From assembly GCA_045633585.1 (NCBI GenBank), contig JAZQYR010000017.1, positions 175,716 through 239,715 on the forward strand: DNA of 64,000 nucleotides. Direction: 5' to 3'. The notes beneath the pieces are model-generated. The model did not search any database and was not told the origin of the DNA. It worked only from the letters and a program-made list of their open reading frames with translations. Shown here piece after piece: positions 37,523 to 47,235 of this stretch. Within the stretch, counting starts at the first letter, position 1; the number at the start of each line of letters is the position of its first letter. Origin of the DNA: Bacteroidales bacterium. Its GTDB lineage: Bacteria > Bacteroidota > Bacteroidia > Bacteroidales > F082. The position numbers were made by a program, and so were the translations under genes.

Positions 37523-39169
37523 TTATTTGTTAACAATAACTTTTTGTGATGACTTAACACCAGCTTTTGTTTCTAAGTTAATGTAATACAAACCATTTGT
37601 CCATGATTCAACGTTAATCATAACATTGTCTGATGTTGCTACTTCTGTATAAACCACTTGACCGATGCTGTTATATACAGTAACCTTATTCAAGTTCTCA
37701 GCATAAACATTAACAACTGATTTTGCAGGATTTGGATATACATTGATATTTTCAGCCACTACATCTTCTACACCAAGTGAACCATAAACAACTTCAACTA
37801 GATATTTGTATCTAAAGAGTTTTTCACCTTGTTCTGCAACGCAAATCTTTCCTTTTTTGCTATCGAGAATACCCCAGAATGAATTAACATCACCAATACC
37901 ATTACCCTTGCTATTTTTCATGATTATACGATAGCAACCATGTTCTGGCAAAGTATAAGTTTCTTTCACAACGCCTGATCCTGAGAAGGTTAATGTTTTA
38001 ACAGTAGTGCCATTAGTTTTATTAACGATATCTACAGATATATTTTCAGGCTCTGATGTTCTGAGTTGGAATTGCAATACGCCATCATTAGGCAATGTAT
38101 AAGGAGCTACAATTTCATAAAGGAATTTGTTGTCGAAAGTATATTCATCTTCAAAAGTTCCATTCAATTCAACAGCTTCTACCATTACAGCTCCTGCACC
38201 GCCAACTTTAATTTCTGGCATTTCGAAATATGTTTCTTCACCTTGAGCTAAAATGCCTTCCCATTTGCTTGAACCTAAATCTTCACCAGCATCGTTTTTC
38301 ACATTGAAAACAGCTGATTTTAATGGTTGTGAACCATGGTTTTTAAGTTTTAAAGTTGGTTTAACTCTTCCTGAACATAATTCTGTTGGAACATTTTCAA
38401 TATCAGAAATACCCAAGTCATATTCTGCAGCCTCTGGAACTATAGAAATTTTAACTGCTTGATAAACCTCTCTTGTTGTACCATTATTTTGTATCCATGC
38501 TACGAGTTCACAATTTTCTTTTTTCCAAGCATGAACATCGAATAAAGCTGTAATCTCTTCTGTATCTCCGACCAACTTAACACCTGAAGTAGATGTTACA
38601 ACATCACGAACAACAGCATTGAGTTCTGACCAACCACCCCAGCTTTGTGGGATATGAGATTCTGTTAAAGCTATGAAAAGTCTTACATCTTCGCCATTAC
38701 ATTCACCAACTTTATTTACAACGACTTTAGCTCTACATTTATTCCAGCTATCATATTCATATGTAAGTTCAAGTTTAAAAGGACTTGTCTCATTTATTCT
38801 CTTATCATATTCTGTTTTAAGGTTTTGATATGAATTCATATAATTTGACGCATAACCATTCACTGCTGGCGCTGCAACACCATCAACTATAGCTGTTGGC
38901 CAACTTTGTATTTTATACCAAGAATTTCTTGAATTTGTCTCTGTTGTTGCATAAGTTTCTGGAGAAAAGTGACTAGTATGGAATGCTAATGGAGCGACTG
39001 ATAATCCTTGATTTAACATTTCTGCGATACCACCTGCTGCTGCAGGACAGAATGGACAGTTTATACCAGTAAATACCTCTACTAAAACACATTCTCTAGC
39101 TACGTTCTGTGCTGATATTGAACCAGCCATCATTATTGTAGCAATAACTGTAAGTAATAATTTTTTCAT
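37523..39169 (-). CDS. Omp28-related / thioredoxin-fold protein with CPFC motif and T9SS C-terminal sorting domain
   Basis: ATG at 39169 (MKKLLLTVIATIMMAGSISAQ). LVEVFTGINCPFCPAAAGG, and a C-terminal VYPNPAKSVVNV...GLYYINL T9SS tail. Confidence 0.75.
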   Translation of the reverse strand: MKKLLLTVIATIMMAGSISAQNVARECVLVEVFTGINCPFCPAAAGGIAEMLNQGLSVAPLAFHTSHFSPETYATTETNSRNSWYKIQSWPTAIVDGVAAPAVNGYASNYMNSYQNLKTEYDKRINETSPFKLELTYEYDSWNKCRAKVVVNKVGECNGEDVRLFIALTESHIPQSWGGWSELNAVVRDVVTSTSGVKLVGDTEEITALFDVHAWKKENCELVAWIQNNGTTREVYQAVKISIVPEAAEYDLGISDIENVPTELCSGRVKPTLKLKNHGSQPLKSAVFNVKNDAGEDLGSSKWEGILAQGEETYFEMPEIKVGGAGAVMVEAVELNGTFEDEYTFDNKFLYEIVAPYTLPNDGVLQFQLRTSEPENISVDIVNKTNGTTVKTLTFSGSGVVKETYTLPEHGCYRIIMKNSKGNGIGDVNSFWGILDSKKGKICVAEQGEKLFRYKYLVEVVYGSLGVEDVVAENINVYPNPAKSVVNVYAENLNKVTVYNSIGQVVYTEVATSDNVMINVESWTNGLYYINLETKAGVKSSQKVIVNK

Positions 39170-39275
39170 TTTTGATAAATTTAAGTTCATTTTTATTAGG
39201 GTTGCAAATTTACATTTTTTCTTTAAAAAATTAAGCTATCATATCATATATTTTCTCATTTTTGTAAAAAAAATC

Positions 39276-40181
39276 ATGCTAGATAAATTATTGATAAAAC
39301 GTTTCTTAATCTATTTAAGATTAGAGCAATCATTGTCAGACAACAGCATCAATGCTTACTCTCACGACATTGAATTGCTAATGCAATATTTGGACAGCAT
39401 AAACCACTCTAAATTATTGAAAGACATAAGCCAAGAAAATATCGAGAATTTTATTTCCAACTTATACGAGTTAGGTCTATCCGCCAATTCTCAAGCAAGA
39501 ATATTATCTGGTATCAAGAAGTTCTATGCATATCTTATTCAGGAAAAAATTGTTGAAGAAAATCCCACTCAACTAATTTCCACTCCTTCTATCGGACGTC
39601 ATATTCCAGACATACTAAGTTATGAAGAAATATGTTCAATGATTGACAATATTGACTTAAGCCAAAAATTCGGACACAGAAACAAGGCAATCATTGAGAC
39701 CATGTATGCTTGCGGCTTGCGTGTTTCTGAAGTTATATCTCTAAAGATCAGCAATATCTATATTGAAGACGAATTCATAAGGGTATTTGGCAAAGGTGAT
39801 AAAGAACGTCTGATTCCGATAAGCCAATCAACAATCAATGATTTATATCTATATATTAACGGCGAAAGAAAAATGCAAGATATAAATCCGAAACATAGCG
39901 ACACATTATTTATTAATAGAAGAGGTTCCGGTTTGAGTCGTCAGATGATTTTCTTAATAATTAAGGATTTAGCCGATAAAGCTGGTATAAAAAAGAATAT
40001 CGGACCTCACACAATCCGACATTCCTTTGCCACACATTTATTGGAAGGAGGCGCCGACTTAAGAGCTGTCCAGCAAATGTTAGGACATTCAAGCATCAGC
40101 ACCACAGAGATTTACACTCACATTTCAGACCAATATCTTAGAGAAGTAATCTCACTTTTCCATCCAAGATATAATGATTAG
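39276..40181 (+). CDS. xerD: Tyrosine recombinase XerD
   Basis: 301 aa. ACGLRVSE (Arg), HTIRHSFATHLL (HxxR/H) and TTEIYTH (Tyr). Confidence 0.85.
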   Translation: MLDKLLIKRFLIYLRLEQSLSDNSINAYSHDIELLMQYLDSINHSKLLKDISQENIENFISNLYELGLSANSQARILSGIKKFYAYLIQEKIVEENPTQLISTPSIGRHIPDILSYEEICSMIDNIDLSQKFGHRNKAIIETMYACGLRVSEVISLKISNIYIEDEFIRVFGKGDKERLIPISQSTINDLYLYINGERKMQDINPKHSDTLFINRRGSGLSRQMIFLIIKDLADKAGIKKNIGPHTIRHSFATHLLEGGADLRAVQQMLGHSSISTTEIYTHISDQYLREVISLFHPRYND

Positions 40182-40609
40182 GAGATAACTCCCCAAACTA
40201 CGTCTATCAACTCACCTTCGTTGAAGTAGAAATCAAGCATCAACTCATCATAAATCAAGCAAGTATCGCCTTCTTGTTCTTCTTCATCATATTCCTTATA
40301 ACCATTTTTCTTCATCAACTCGATGATTTGGTTACGATTCATATCATAAATTTTCTCTCCGAACAATGTAGCGTCTTCATTGATTGTAGAGATACTAGAC
40401 ACTATCATTTTGTCAGTGCCCTCAAAACAGATTGACACAGCCAAATCATCATAGTCATACAATATTGATGATGACTCATTTCCATCAATCATTGGATCCA
40501 ACTCTTCAAGATTAGAAGGTGTTCCAAAAACGCTAACCACTTCATCTATCGACATTCCAAATTTAATGTCTCCATAGCCTTTTAAAGGTTCGATTATTAA
40601 ATTTTCCAT
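40178..40609 (-). CDS. Hypothetical small acidic cytoplasmic protein
   Basis: 143 aa, D/E-rich, no signal peptide. It lies 15 nt downstream of the lolE-like gene. Confidence 0.55.
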   Translation of the reverse strand: MENLIIEPLKGYGDIKFGMSIDEVVSVFGTPSNLEELDPMIDGNESSSILYDYDDLAVSICFEGTDKMIVSSISTINEDATLFGEKIYDMNRNQIIELMKKNGYKEYDEEEQEGDTCLIYDELMLDFYFNEGELIDVVWGVIS

Positions 40610-40624
40610 ACCCGATTTATTATA

Positions 40625-41845
40625 TTATTCAAAACGAATTGATTTTGACGGTTTTATATTATTTATAATCATTGTTGGCATTGACATCATCAAGACCCAC
40701 AAAACAAATGTTCCAAGGTTTAACAATAAAATATACAACCAATTGATTTCAATTGGCACCGATGACAGATAATAAGACTCCGGCGACAATTTAATTATCT
40801 CTGTATATTTTTGAATCAAGCACAATCCTATTCCGAACACATTTCCGAACAACATGCCAATCAACAATATACGTTGAGAACGCTGTAAGAAAATCTTTCT
40901 GATAAAAGCATTATTGGCTCCCATTGACTTTAATATTCCAATAGTTGAAGTCCTTTCAAGAACAATAATCAGCAACATACTTATCATCGTAATTCCTGCT
41001 ACCAACAACATTAGAATTATGATTATCACAACGTTCATATCTTGAAGTTCAAGCCAATCATATATCTGCGGATATAAGTCAGAAGCCTTATAGGATACAA
41101 GATTTGTTGGTATTTTATAATAAATAATACGGTTGGCTTCATCTACTGGAACGTCTTCTAAAACATCTATTTCCAGATGCCCGACCATATTTTCATCCCA
41201 TCCGTTTAATCTTATTATCTGGTTCAAATCACAATAAATGAAACGTTCATCACATTCCGTCAAGCCTGTTTCATAAATTCCTTTTATCGAAAACTTACGT
41301 CCACGAGTCTTCATATTCTCTCCAATAAACCAAATCCTCACTTCATCGCCAACGTTCAGCATCATCTTATCGGAAATTATCTTTGATATCAGCACATCAT
41401 TAGAACGTTCATTTTCTACATATTGAGGTACGGCTCCTACAATAAGATTTGACTTGATATAATCCCAATTATAATTCTCATCAACGCCCTTCAGCACTAT
41501 GCCATGAATTTCTTCATCAGTTTTAACGAGCCCAGCCTTATTTGCCGTAGGATAAATAGATTTAACAAAAGGAAGATTCAACTTTGATTTTAAGACACTA
41601 TCGTATATAAAAGGCGTCTCCTCCATTGACTCATTCTGATTCAAAACCTGGATCTGAATCGGATTAACAAAGCCCACAACCTTTTCTTTTATCTGATTCT
41701 TAAAGCCAACTATGACAGCTATGGAAATCAACATAATAGATATACCAAGAGCTATACTGATGACAGCTATCTTCATTACGACGGAAGACAAATTCTCCTT
41801 TGAAAAAGAAAATATTCTTGATGATATAAATCTCGTTGCTTTCAT
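40625..41845 (-). CDS. FtsX/LolE-like ABC transporter permease
   Basis: N-terminal TM, a periplasmic loop of about 220 aa, and three C-terminal TM helices with the LERTSTIGILKSMGA motif. Confidence 0.8.
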   Translation of the reverse strand: MKATRFISSRIFSFSKENLSSVVMKIAVISIALGISIMLISIAVIVGFKNQIKEKVVGFVNPIQIQVLNQNESMEETPFIYDSVLKSKLNLPFVKSIYPTANKAGLVKTDEEIHGIVLKGVDENYNWDYIKSNLIVGAVPQYVENERSNDVLISKIISDKMMLNVGDEVRIWFIGENMKTRGRKFSIKGIYETGLTECDERFIYCDLNQIIRLNGWDENMVGHLEIDVLEDVPVDEANRIIYYKIPTNLVSYKASDLYPQIYDWLELQDMNVVIIIILMLLVAGITMISMLLIIVLERTSTIGILKSMGANNAFIRKIFLQRSQRILLIGMLFGNVFGIGLCLIQKYTEIIKLSPESYYLSSVPIEINWLYILLLNLGTFVLWVLMMSMPTMIINNIKPSKSIRFE

Positions 41846-41886
41846 TTTTTTCTTATCATTGCAAAAGTAATCATTTATTCACGTTT

Positions 41887-43083
41887 ATGCAAAAGTTTTT
41901 TTCGTTTTTGATAATTTTTATATTAGCCTGTTTTGAAGGAAAATCACAGTTTTGTTCCAACAAAAACATTGTTGAAGCTGAAGACGCCATTGTTGGAGCA
42001 TCCAGACTAGAACTATACCTACCGCTTTTAAAAGGTAAAAGCGTTGGTGTCGTGGCAAACCAAACCAGCATATTCAACAACATCCACCTCATTGACACGC
42101 TCTTATGCCACAATGTTAACATAAAGAAAATATTCACACCAGAACATGGATTCAGAGGCACTGCCGACGAAGGAGCACTTATTAACAACAGCATTGACGA
42201 AAAAACACAATTACCGATAATTTCTTTATATGGAAAAAACAAAAAACCGAATTCAGAACAACTAAATGATATAGATGTTCTGCTCTTTGACCTGCAAGAT
42301 GTAGGCACCAGATTCTACACATATATTTCAACAATGACTTACATTATGGAAGCTGCTGCTGAAAATGACATTCCCGTCATTGTTCTTGACAGACCAAATC
42401 CCAATGGATTTTATATAGACGGACCTGTATTGGAAAAAGAAAACGCATCTTTTGTAGGATTACATCAAATACCTGTCGTTTATGGACTAACGATTGGTGA
42501 ATATGCACAAATGGTCAATGGAGAATTTTGGTTAAACGACAGCTTACAATGCGATTTAACTATCATTCCTTTAGGAAATTACAATAGAGAAAACATTTAC
42601 AAGCTCCCTGTAAAGCCATCGCCAAATCTTCCTAACTGGGAATCGATCTACCTCTACCCTTCGCTTTGTTTCTTTGAAGGAACACCCGTCAGCGTAGGCC
42701 GTGGCACAGAACAACCATTTCAAGTCTATGGACACCCACTGATTCAAGCCGACTATTCTTTCATACCAAAACAAGCTGAAGGCAGAAACAAACCTCTTCA
42801 TTGTGACACAGAATGTTACGGGGAAAATCTAAGACAATATGCCATTACTTATAAAGAAAACAAAGATGAACTTAATTTGACATGGCTTGTCAATGCTTAC
42901 AATCAATTAAAAGATAAAAGCGACTTTTTCAATAATTTCTTTGTAAAACTTTCCGGCACAAAAGAATTACGACAACAAATTGAAAATGGATTAAGCGAAG
43001 ATGAGATTCGGGAAAGTTGGCAAGAAGATCTTGAAGAATATAAAAATATCAGATCTAAATATTTATTATACAAAGACCTTTGA
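41887..43083 (+). CDS. DUF1343 / NamZ-like exo-beta-N-acetylmuramidase
   Basis: ATG at 41887 (MQKFFSFLIIFILACFEG signal). GVVANQTS, PEHGFRG and FDLQDVGTRFYTY segments are typical of DUF1343. Confidence 0.75.
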   Translation: MQKFFSFLIIFILACFEGKSQFCSNKNIVEAEDAIVGASRLELYLPLLKGKSVGVVANQTSIFNNIHLIDTLLCHNVNIKKIFTPEHGFRGTADEGALINNSIDEKTQLPIISLYGKNKKPNSEQLNDIDVLLFDLQDVGTRFYTYISTMTYIMEAAAENDIPVIVLDRPNPNGFYIDGPVLEKENASFVGLHQIPVVYGLTIGEYAQMVNGEFWLNDSLQCDLTIIPLGNYNRENIYKLPVKPSPNLPNWESIYLYPSLCFFEGTPVSVGRGTEQPFQVYGHPLIQADYSFIPKQAEGRNKPLHCDTECYGENLRQYAITYKENKDELNLTWLVNAYNQLKDKSDFFNNFFVKLSGTKELRQQIENGLSEDEIRESWQEDLEEYKNIRSKYLLYKDL

Positions 43084-43163
43084 TAATAAACCCCAGAAAT
43101 TCAGGACTTCAAAACTTAAACTTTGACATTCTGAATTTCTGAGATTTTAGAATTCCGAGTTTA

Positions 43164-44360
43164 TCAAAGTCTTCCCGGATAAACCTTAAGAGCCTCTTTT
43201 AGGATTGACATCGCTTCCTGAAGAGCTTCTTTTTTCAAGCAATAGCTTATTCTAACTTCATGAGTTCCACGACCTTCTGTTGAATAGAAACCGCTAGCAG
43301 GAGCCATCATAACAGTTTTACCATTATAGTTAAAATCAGTAAGCATCCATTTGCAGAATCTCTCGCTATCATCAATCGGCAATTTTGCCACGATATAGAA
43401 CGCACCCTTAGGTGTTGGGCAAGACGCACCTTCTATATCATTTATCCCTTTGATACACACATCACGACGACTTTGATATTCTTTCACAATATCGTCGTAA
43501 TATGATTGTGGGCTATCAAGAGCAGCCTCGCCTGCCACTTGTCCAAATGTAGGAGGAGACAAACGAGCCTGGGCATATTTCATCGCTGCCGCTATAACCT
43601 CCTTGTTTTTTGTTATCATACGACCGATACGAATTCCACATGCGCTGAATCTTTTTGATGCTGAATCTATTAATATAACGTGATTCTCTGCGTCTTTAAG
43701 CTTCAAAGCTGAATGATGTACAGCTTTTTCATAACAGAATTCACGATAGACTTCATCAGAAATCAAAAATATATCATGTTTCAGAATAATCTGACGCAAA
43801 GTTTCCATCTCTTCCTTTGAATAAAGATATCCTGTAGGATTATTAGGATTGCATATCAATATAGCCTTCGTTCTAGGTGTAATAGCTTTTTCAAATTCAG
43901 CGATATCAGGCAAAGCAAAACCAGTTTCAATTGATGAATATATCGGCTTTACATTCACTCCCACATTTTTCGCAAAACCATTGTAGTTTGCATAAAACGG
44001 TTCTGGAATAATCACCTCATCATCAGGATCCATAATCGTAAGAAATGACATCAACAAAGCCTCAGAGCCACCTGTTGTAATAATCATTTCCTCAGGTTTA
44101 ATATGAACGTCATATTTCTCATAATAATCACACAATTTCTTTCTATAAGAATAAGTGCCTTCTGACGGACTATATTTCACCACTTTTTCTGTATAATTGC
44201 GTACAGCCTCCAATGCCAACTGAGGAGTTTCCAAATCCGGCTGACCAATATTAAGATGAAACACTTCTATACCATTGGCTTTAGCCGCATCTGAAAACGG
44301 AACAAGTTTTCTTATTGGAGACGCCGGCATACTTTGAGCTTTTTTAGATATACTTGGCAT
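43164..44360 (-). CDS. Class I/II PLP-dependent aminotransferase (aspartate/aromatic type)
   Basis: NPNNPTG and the PLP-lysine context SASKRFSACGIRIG. 398 aa. Confidence 0.85.
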   Translation of the reverse strand: MPSISKKAQSMPASPIRKLVPFSDAAKANGIEVFHLNIGQPDLETPQLALEAVRNYTEKVVKYSPSEGTYSYRKKLCDYYEKYDVHIKPEEMIITTGGSEALLMSFLTIMDPDDEVIIPEPFYANYNGFAKNVGVNVKPIYSSIETGFALPDIAEFEKAITPRTKAILICNPNNPTGYLYSKEEMETLRQIILKHDIFLISDEVYREFCYEKAVHHSALKLKDAENHVILIDSASKRFSACGIRIGRMITKNKEVIAAAMKYAQARLSPPTFGQVAGEAALDSPQSYYDDIVKEYQSRRDVCIKGINDIEGASCPTPKGAFYIVAKLPIDDSERFCKWMLTDFNYNGKTVMMAPASGFYSTEGRGTHEVRISYCLKKEALQEAMSILKEALKVYPGRL

Positions 44361-44379
44361 AATACTTTATTTTAAGGAT

Positions 44380-44409
44380 AAAAAAAAGAGTTATCGAAAC
44401 GATAACTCT
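44380..44409 (-). terminator. Intrinsic terminator of the DUF1573 gene
   Basis: AGAGTTATCG/CGATAACTCT 10-bp stem followed on the minus strand by T8. Confidence 0.8.
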
Positions 44410-44420
44410 AAATTATAAAT

Positions 44421-44882
44421 TTAATTACCTGAATTATTAACAGGCGATGCATTCATGAAACTATTTTTGGTTGGCAGAGCTTCCGTAGCTGCTTCCAAGA
44501 CCTTACCTTTGATGTAAATTTTCACTGTATTGTTAACTTTAGCATTTGAGAATATAGTGACATATTTACTAAAACTTCCTGGTCGATCAGTATATTTATA
44601 TGTAACCTTAATCACATCCGTTTCACCTGGAAGTATAGGCTTTTTAGGCCATTCTGGAACTGTACAACCACAAGATGATTTAGGCTGAGACAATATCAAA
44701 GGCTCATTTCCTGTATTTTTAAACACAAATTCATAAACAGCATTACCTTTATAAGGTATATCACCGAATTGATGTGTTGTTTTCTCGAATTCAATCTCTG
44801 GACCATTTACCACAACTTCCTGAGCGTTAGTCAATAATGTCATTGAAAACACCATAAAAAGGGTCACTAATAACTTTTTCAT
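44421..44882 (-). CDS. DUF1573-like secreted protein
   Basis: Signal peptide. FEKTTHQFGDI...VYEFVFKNTGNEPLIL...SCGCT pattern. Confidence 0.7.
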   Translation of the reverse strand: MKKLLVTLFMVFSMTLLTNAQEVVVNGPEIEFEKTTHQFGDIPYKGNAVYEFVFKNTGNEPLILSQPKSSCGCTVPEWPKKPILPGETDVIKVTYKYTDRPGSFSKYVTIFSNAKVNNTVKIYIKGKVLEAATEALPTKNSFMNASPVNNSGN

Positions 44883-45012
44883 ATCATTAAAAATTAAGTT
44901 TAAAACACATTAGTAATTATGCTTCAAAGATACATATTTTTCTTAAAAAAAAGAGTTCAAAAATATTTTTTTATTTTTTTTACAAAAATGTTTTTTGATT
45001 AAAAAATATTTG

Positions 45013-45020
45013 TATCTTTG
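45013..45020 (+). promoter_or_regulatory. -7 promoter element TATCTTTG for the tRNA(CAU) gene
   Basis: Exact TAnnTTTG, 11 nt upstream of the mature tRNA 5' end. Confidence 0.6.
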
Positions 45021-45031
45021 CACTCGCAAAT

Positions 45032-45105
45032 GGCGAGGTAGCTCAGTTGGTTAGAGCGTCGGATTCATAACCCGGAGGTCATGAGTTCAATTCTCATCCT
45101 CGCTA
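45032..45105 (+). tRNA. tRNA with CAU anticodon (elongator Met most likely; Ile2/lysidine type not excluded)
   Basis: Hand-folded. Acceptor GGCGAGG/CCTCGCT, D-arm GCTC-AGTTGGTTA-GAGC, anticodon loop TTCATAA, T-arm ATGAG-TTCAATT-CTCAT. 74 nt with no encoded CCA. Confidence 0.85.
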
Positions 45106-45121
45106 CAAATTAAAACCTCTG

Positions 45122-45150
45122 AAAATCACCGAATATTCGGTGATTTTTTT
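45122..45150 (+). terminator. Intrinsic terminator after the tRNA(CAU) gene
   Basis: Palindrome AATCACCGAATATTCGGTGATT followed by T7. Confidence 0.85.
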
Positions 45151-45207
45151 ATTGTATCAAACATATAATTTTATTACCTTTGCACTTCAAAACGAGCGCA
45201 ATACAAG

Positions 45208-46347
45208 ATGTCAGCATTCAAATTGATTTTGAAGCGATTAATTAAAAAAATGGTCCTTATTATGGTGTTTACAATCCTGTCAACAACCGTAATAAAGGGA
45301 CAAGAATCTGCTTTATCTGCTCGTCCTTATAAGATAATAACCGACACCATCACTAAAATTGACACGACATACATAATTGATACGATTATAAACACTTATC
45401 AATATGTAATAACCGATACTATTTACGAAGGTTCAGACAATATTTCCAAAGAAAAAAAAGCAAGTGATTTCCATAAATTTGAAGGAAATTTTGGAATAAC
45501 TCTCAATCAATTAGCAATTACGCATTGGGCCGCCGGTGGCGAAAGTAGCGGTAGCGGAAGAGTCACTTCACACATCACATATACGTACGACAGAAACTTA
45601 TTCAAGTATGTTGTTAATGGAATTTTCGCCTACGGAATGTCAAATTACACAAAAGACAAACGTTACGAAAAAAGCGAAGACCGCTGCGAATTATCCATGA
45701 CAGTATCTAACAACAATAATAACAATCTTACCTTCACCTCCATCGCTTCATTAAAGACACAATTCACCAACGGATATTCATACCCCAACGATTCCGTGCC
45801 AATATCCAAATTCTTTGCTCCAGCATATCTCAATTTATCAGCCGGTTACAATTACAACTTCAAAAACATCCTGTCTTTTTACATAAGCCCTATTGCCGGA
45901 AAAATGACCTTCGTGACCGACCAAACATTAGCAGACGCCGGTTCTTTTGGCGTTGAAGCTGGTTATTGGAGCATACACGAAGGCGACAGCACTTGGATAA
46001 AAGGGAAAAACTTACTCACAGAGTTGGGCATCAATATTTTAATCAAATACAAACAAGATTTCAGAAACGATATTTCTGTATTTTCAACATTGAACTTATA
46101 CAACAACTATATGGATCCCAACCGTGGCAATCGCTGGAATATTGACGTTGACTGGGAATCTGGAGTGAAATTCACAATCAACAAACAGATTTCCGCCACA
46201 CTCCACATACATATGATTTACGACGACAATATCAAGTTCACCGTTACAGAAGTCGTCGACGGAAAAGAGATTACCAAACAAAAACCAATTTTGCAGTTTA
46301 AAGAGTCACTTGGTATTTCTTTTTTATATAAATTTGCGACAAAATAG
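45208..46347 (+). CDS. DUF3078-like outer-membrane protein with N-terminal T/I-rich extension
   Basis: THWAAGG motif and blocks shared with 32059-32958. TACCTTTG promoter match at 45175-45182. Confidence 0.7.
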   Translation: MSAFKLILKRLIKKMVLIMVFTILSTTVIKGQESALSARPYKIITDTITKIDTTYIIDTIINTYQYVITDTIYEGSDNISKEKKASDFHKFEGNFGITLNQLAITHWAAGGESSGSGRVTSHITYTYDRNLFKYVVNGIFAYGMSNYTKDKRYEKSEDRCELSMTVSNNNNNNLTFTSIASLKTQFTNGYSYPNDSVPISKFFAPAYLNLSAGYNYNFKNILSFYISPIAGKMTFVTDQTLADAGSFGVEAGYWSIHEGDSTWIKGKNLLTELGINILIKYKQDFRNDISVFSTLNLYNNYMDPNRGNRWNIDVDWESGVKFTINKQISATLHIHMIYDDNIKFTVTEVVDGKEITKQKPILQFKESLGISFLYKFATK

Positions 46348-46356
46348 CGCAAAATC

Positions 46357-47223
46357 ATGAATATACTTGTTACAGGATGCAACGGACAATTAGGCAGAGA
46401 ATTTCAGAAAATATCTAACATTCATAATTATCACAACTGGATTTTAACAGATATTAACGAACTAGACATTTGTAACGAACATTCTGTCAATACGTTTTTC
46501 TCCAACAACCCAATAGACGTTTGCATAAATTGCGCAGCTTATACCGCCGTAGACAAAGCCGAAGAGGAAGAAGATAAAGCAAGAAATATCAATGCAAATG
46601 CAGTATTAAATCTAGCAAACGCTTGTAAATCATCCAATTCATTACTCATACATATTTCCACAGACTATGTCTTTGACGGAACTTCGGAACGTCCATACAC
46701 AGAAACAGACCCCATATCACCCAATAGCGTTTACGGGAAAACAAAAGCCGAAGGTGAACAAAACGTCATGTCTTCCGGTTGTTCATATATAATCGTCAGA
46801 ACATCATGGCTATACTCTTCTTACGGAAACAACTTTGTCAAAACAATGTTACGCTTAGGTTCCGAAAAAGAATTCGTGAATGTCGTTGACGACCAAAATG
46901 GAAACCCAACATGGGCTTACGATTTAGCAAATGCCATTTTGTTGCTCATACAAAGATTTGAAAATAATGAAGTTAAGGAAATTTTCCACTATTCAAATGA
47001 AGGAACAATTCCTTGGAACAATTTCGCCGAAGCTATATTTTATATAGGAAACAAAAACTGTGAAGTTAAACCAATTTCAACAAAAGAGTACGGAAGCAAA
47101 GCTAATCGCCCATCTTTCAGCGCATTAGACAAAACAAAAATCAAGGCATTCACTGGAATCAAGATTCCATTCTGGAGAGAAAGCCTGATAAAATGCATAG
47201 AAGAAATTAAAAATAACAACTAA
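46357..47223 (+). CDS. rfbD: dTDP-4-dehydrorhamnose reductase
   Basis: ILVTGCNGQLG, STDYVFDG and YGKTKAEGE motifs. 288 aa. Confidence 0.9.
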   Translation: MNILVTGCNGQLGREFQKISNIHNYHNWILTDINELDICNEHSVNTFFSNNPIDVCINCAAYTAVDKAEEEEDKARNINANAVLNLANACKSSNSLLIHISTDYVFDGTSERPYTETDPISPNSVYGKTKAEGEQNVMSSGCSYIIVRTSWLYSSYGNNFVKTMLRLGSEKEFVNVVDDQNGNPTWAYDLANAILLLIQRFENNEVKEIFHYSNEGTIPWNNFAEAIFYIGNKNCEVKPISTKEYGSKANRPSFSALDKTKIKAFTGIKIPFWRESLIKCIEEIKNNN

Positions 47224-47235
47224 TAAACTTTAACT

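Noticed and set aside
39276-40181. XerD as the integrase of a mobile element
   Set aside because: The 301-aa size and motifs fit housekeeping XerD. There are no flanking repeats, excisionase, or cargo genes, and the neighbours are core genes.
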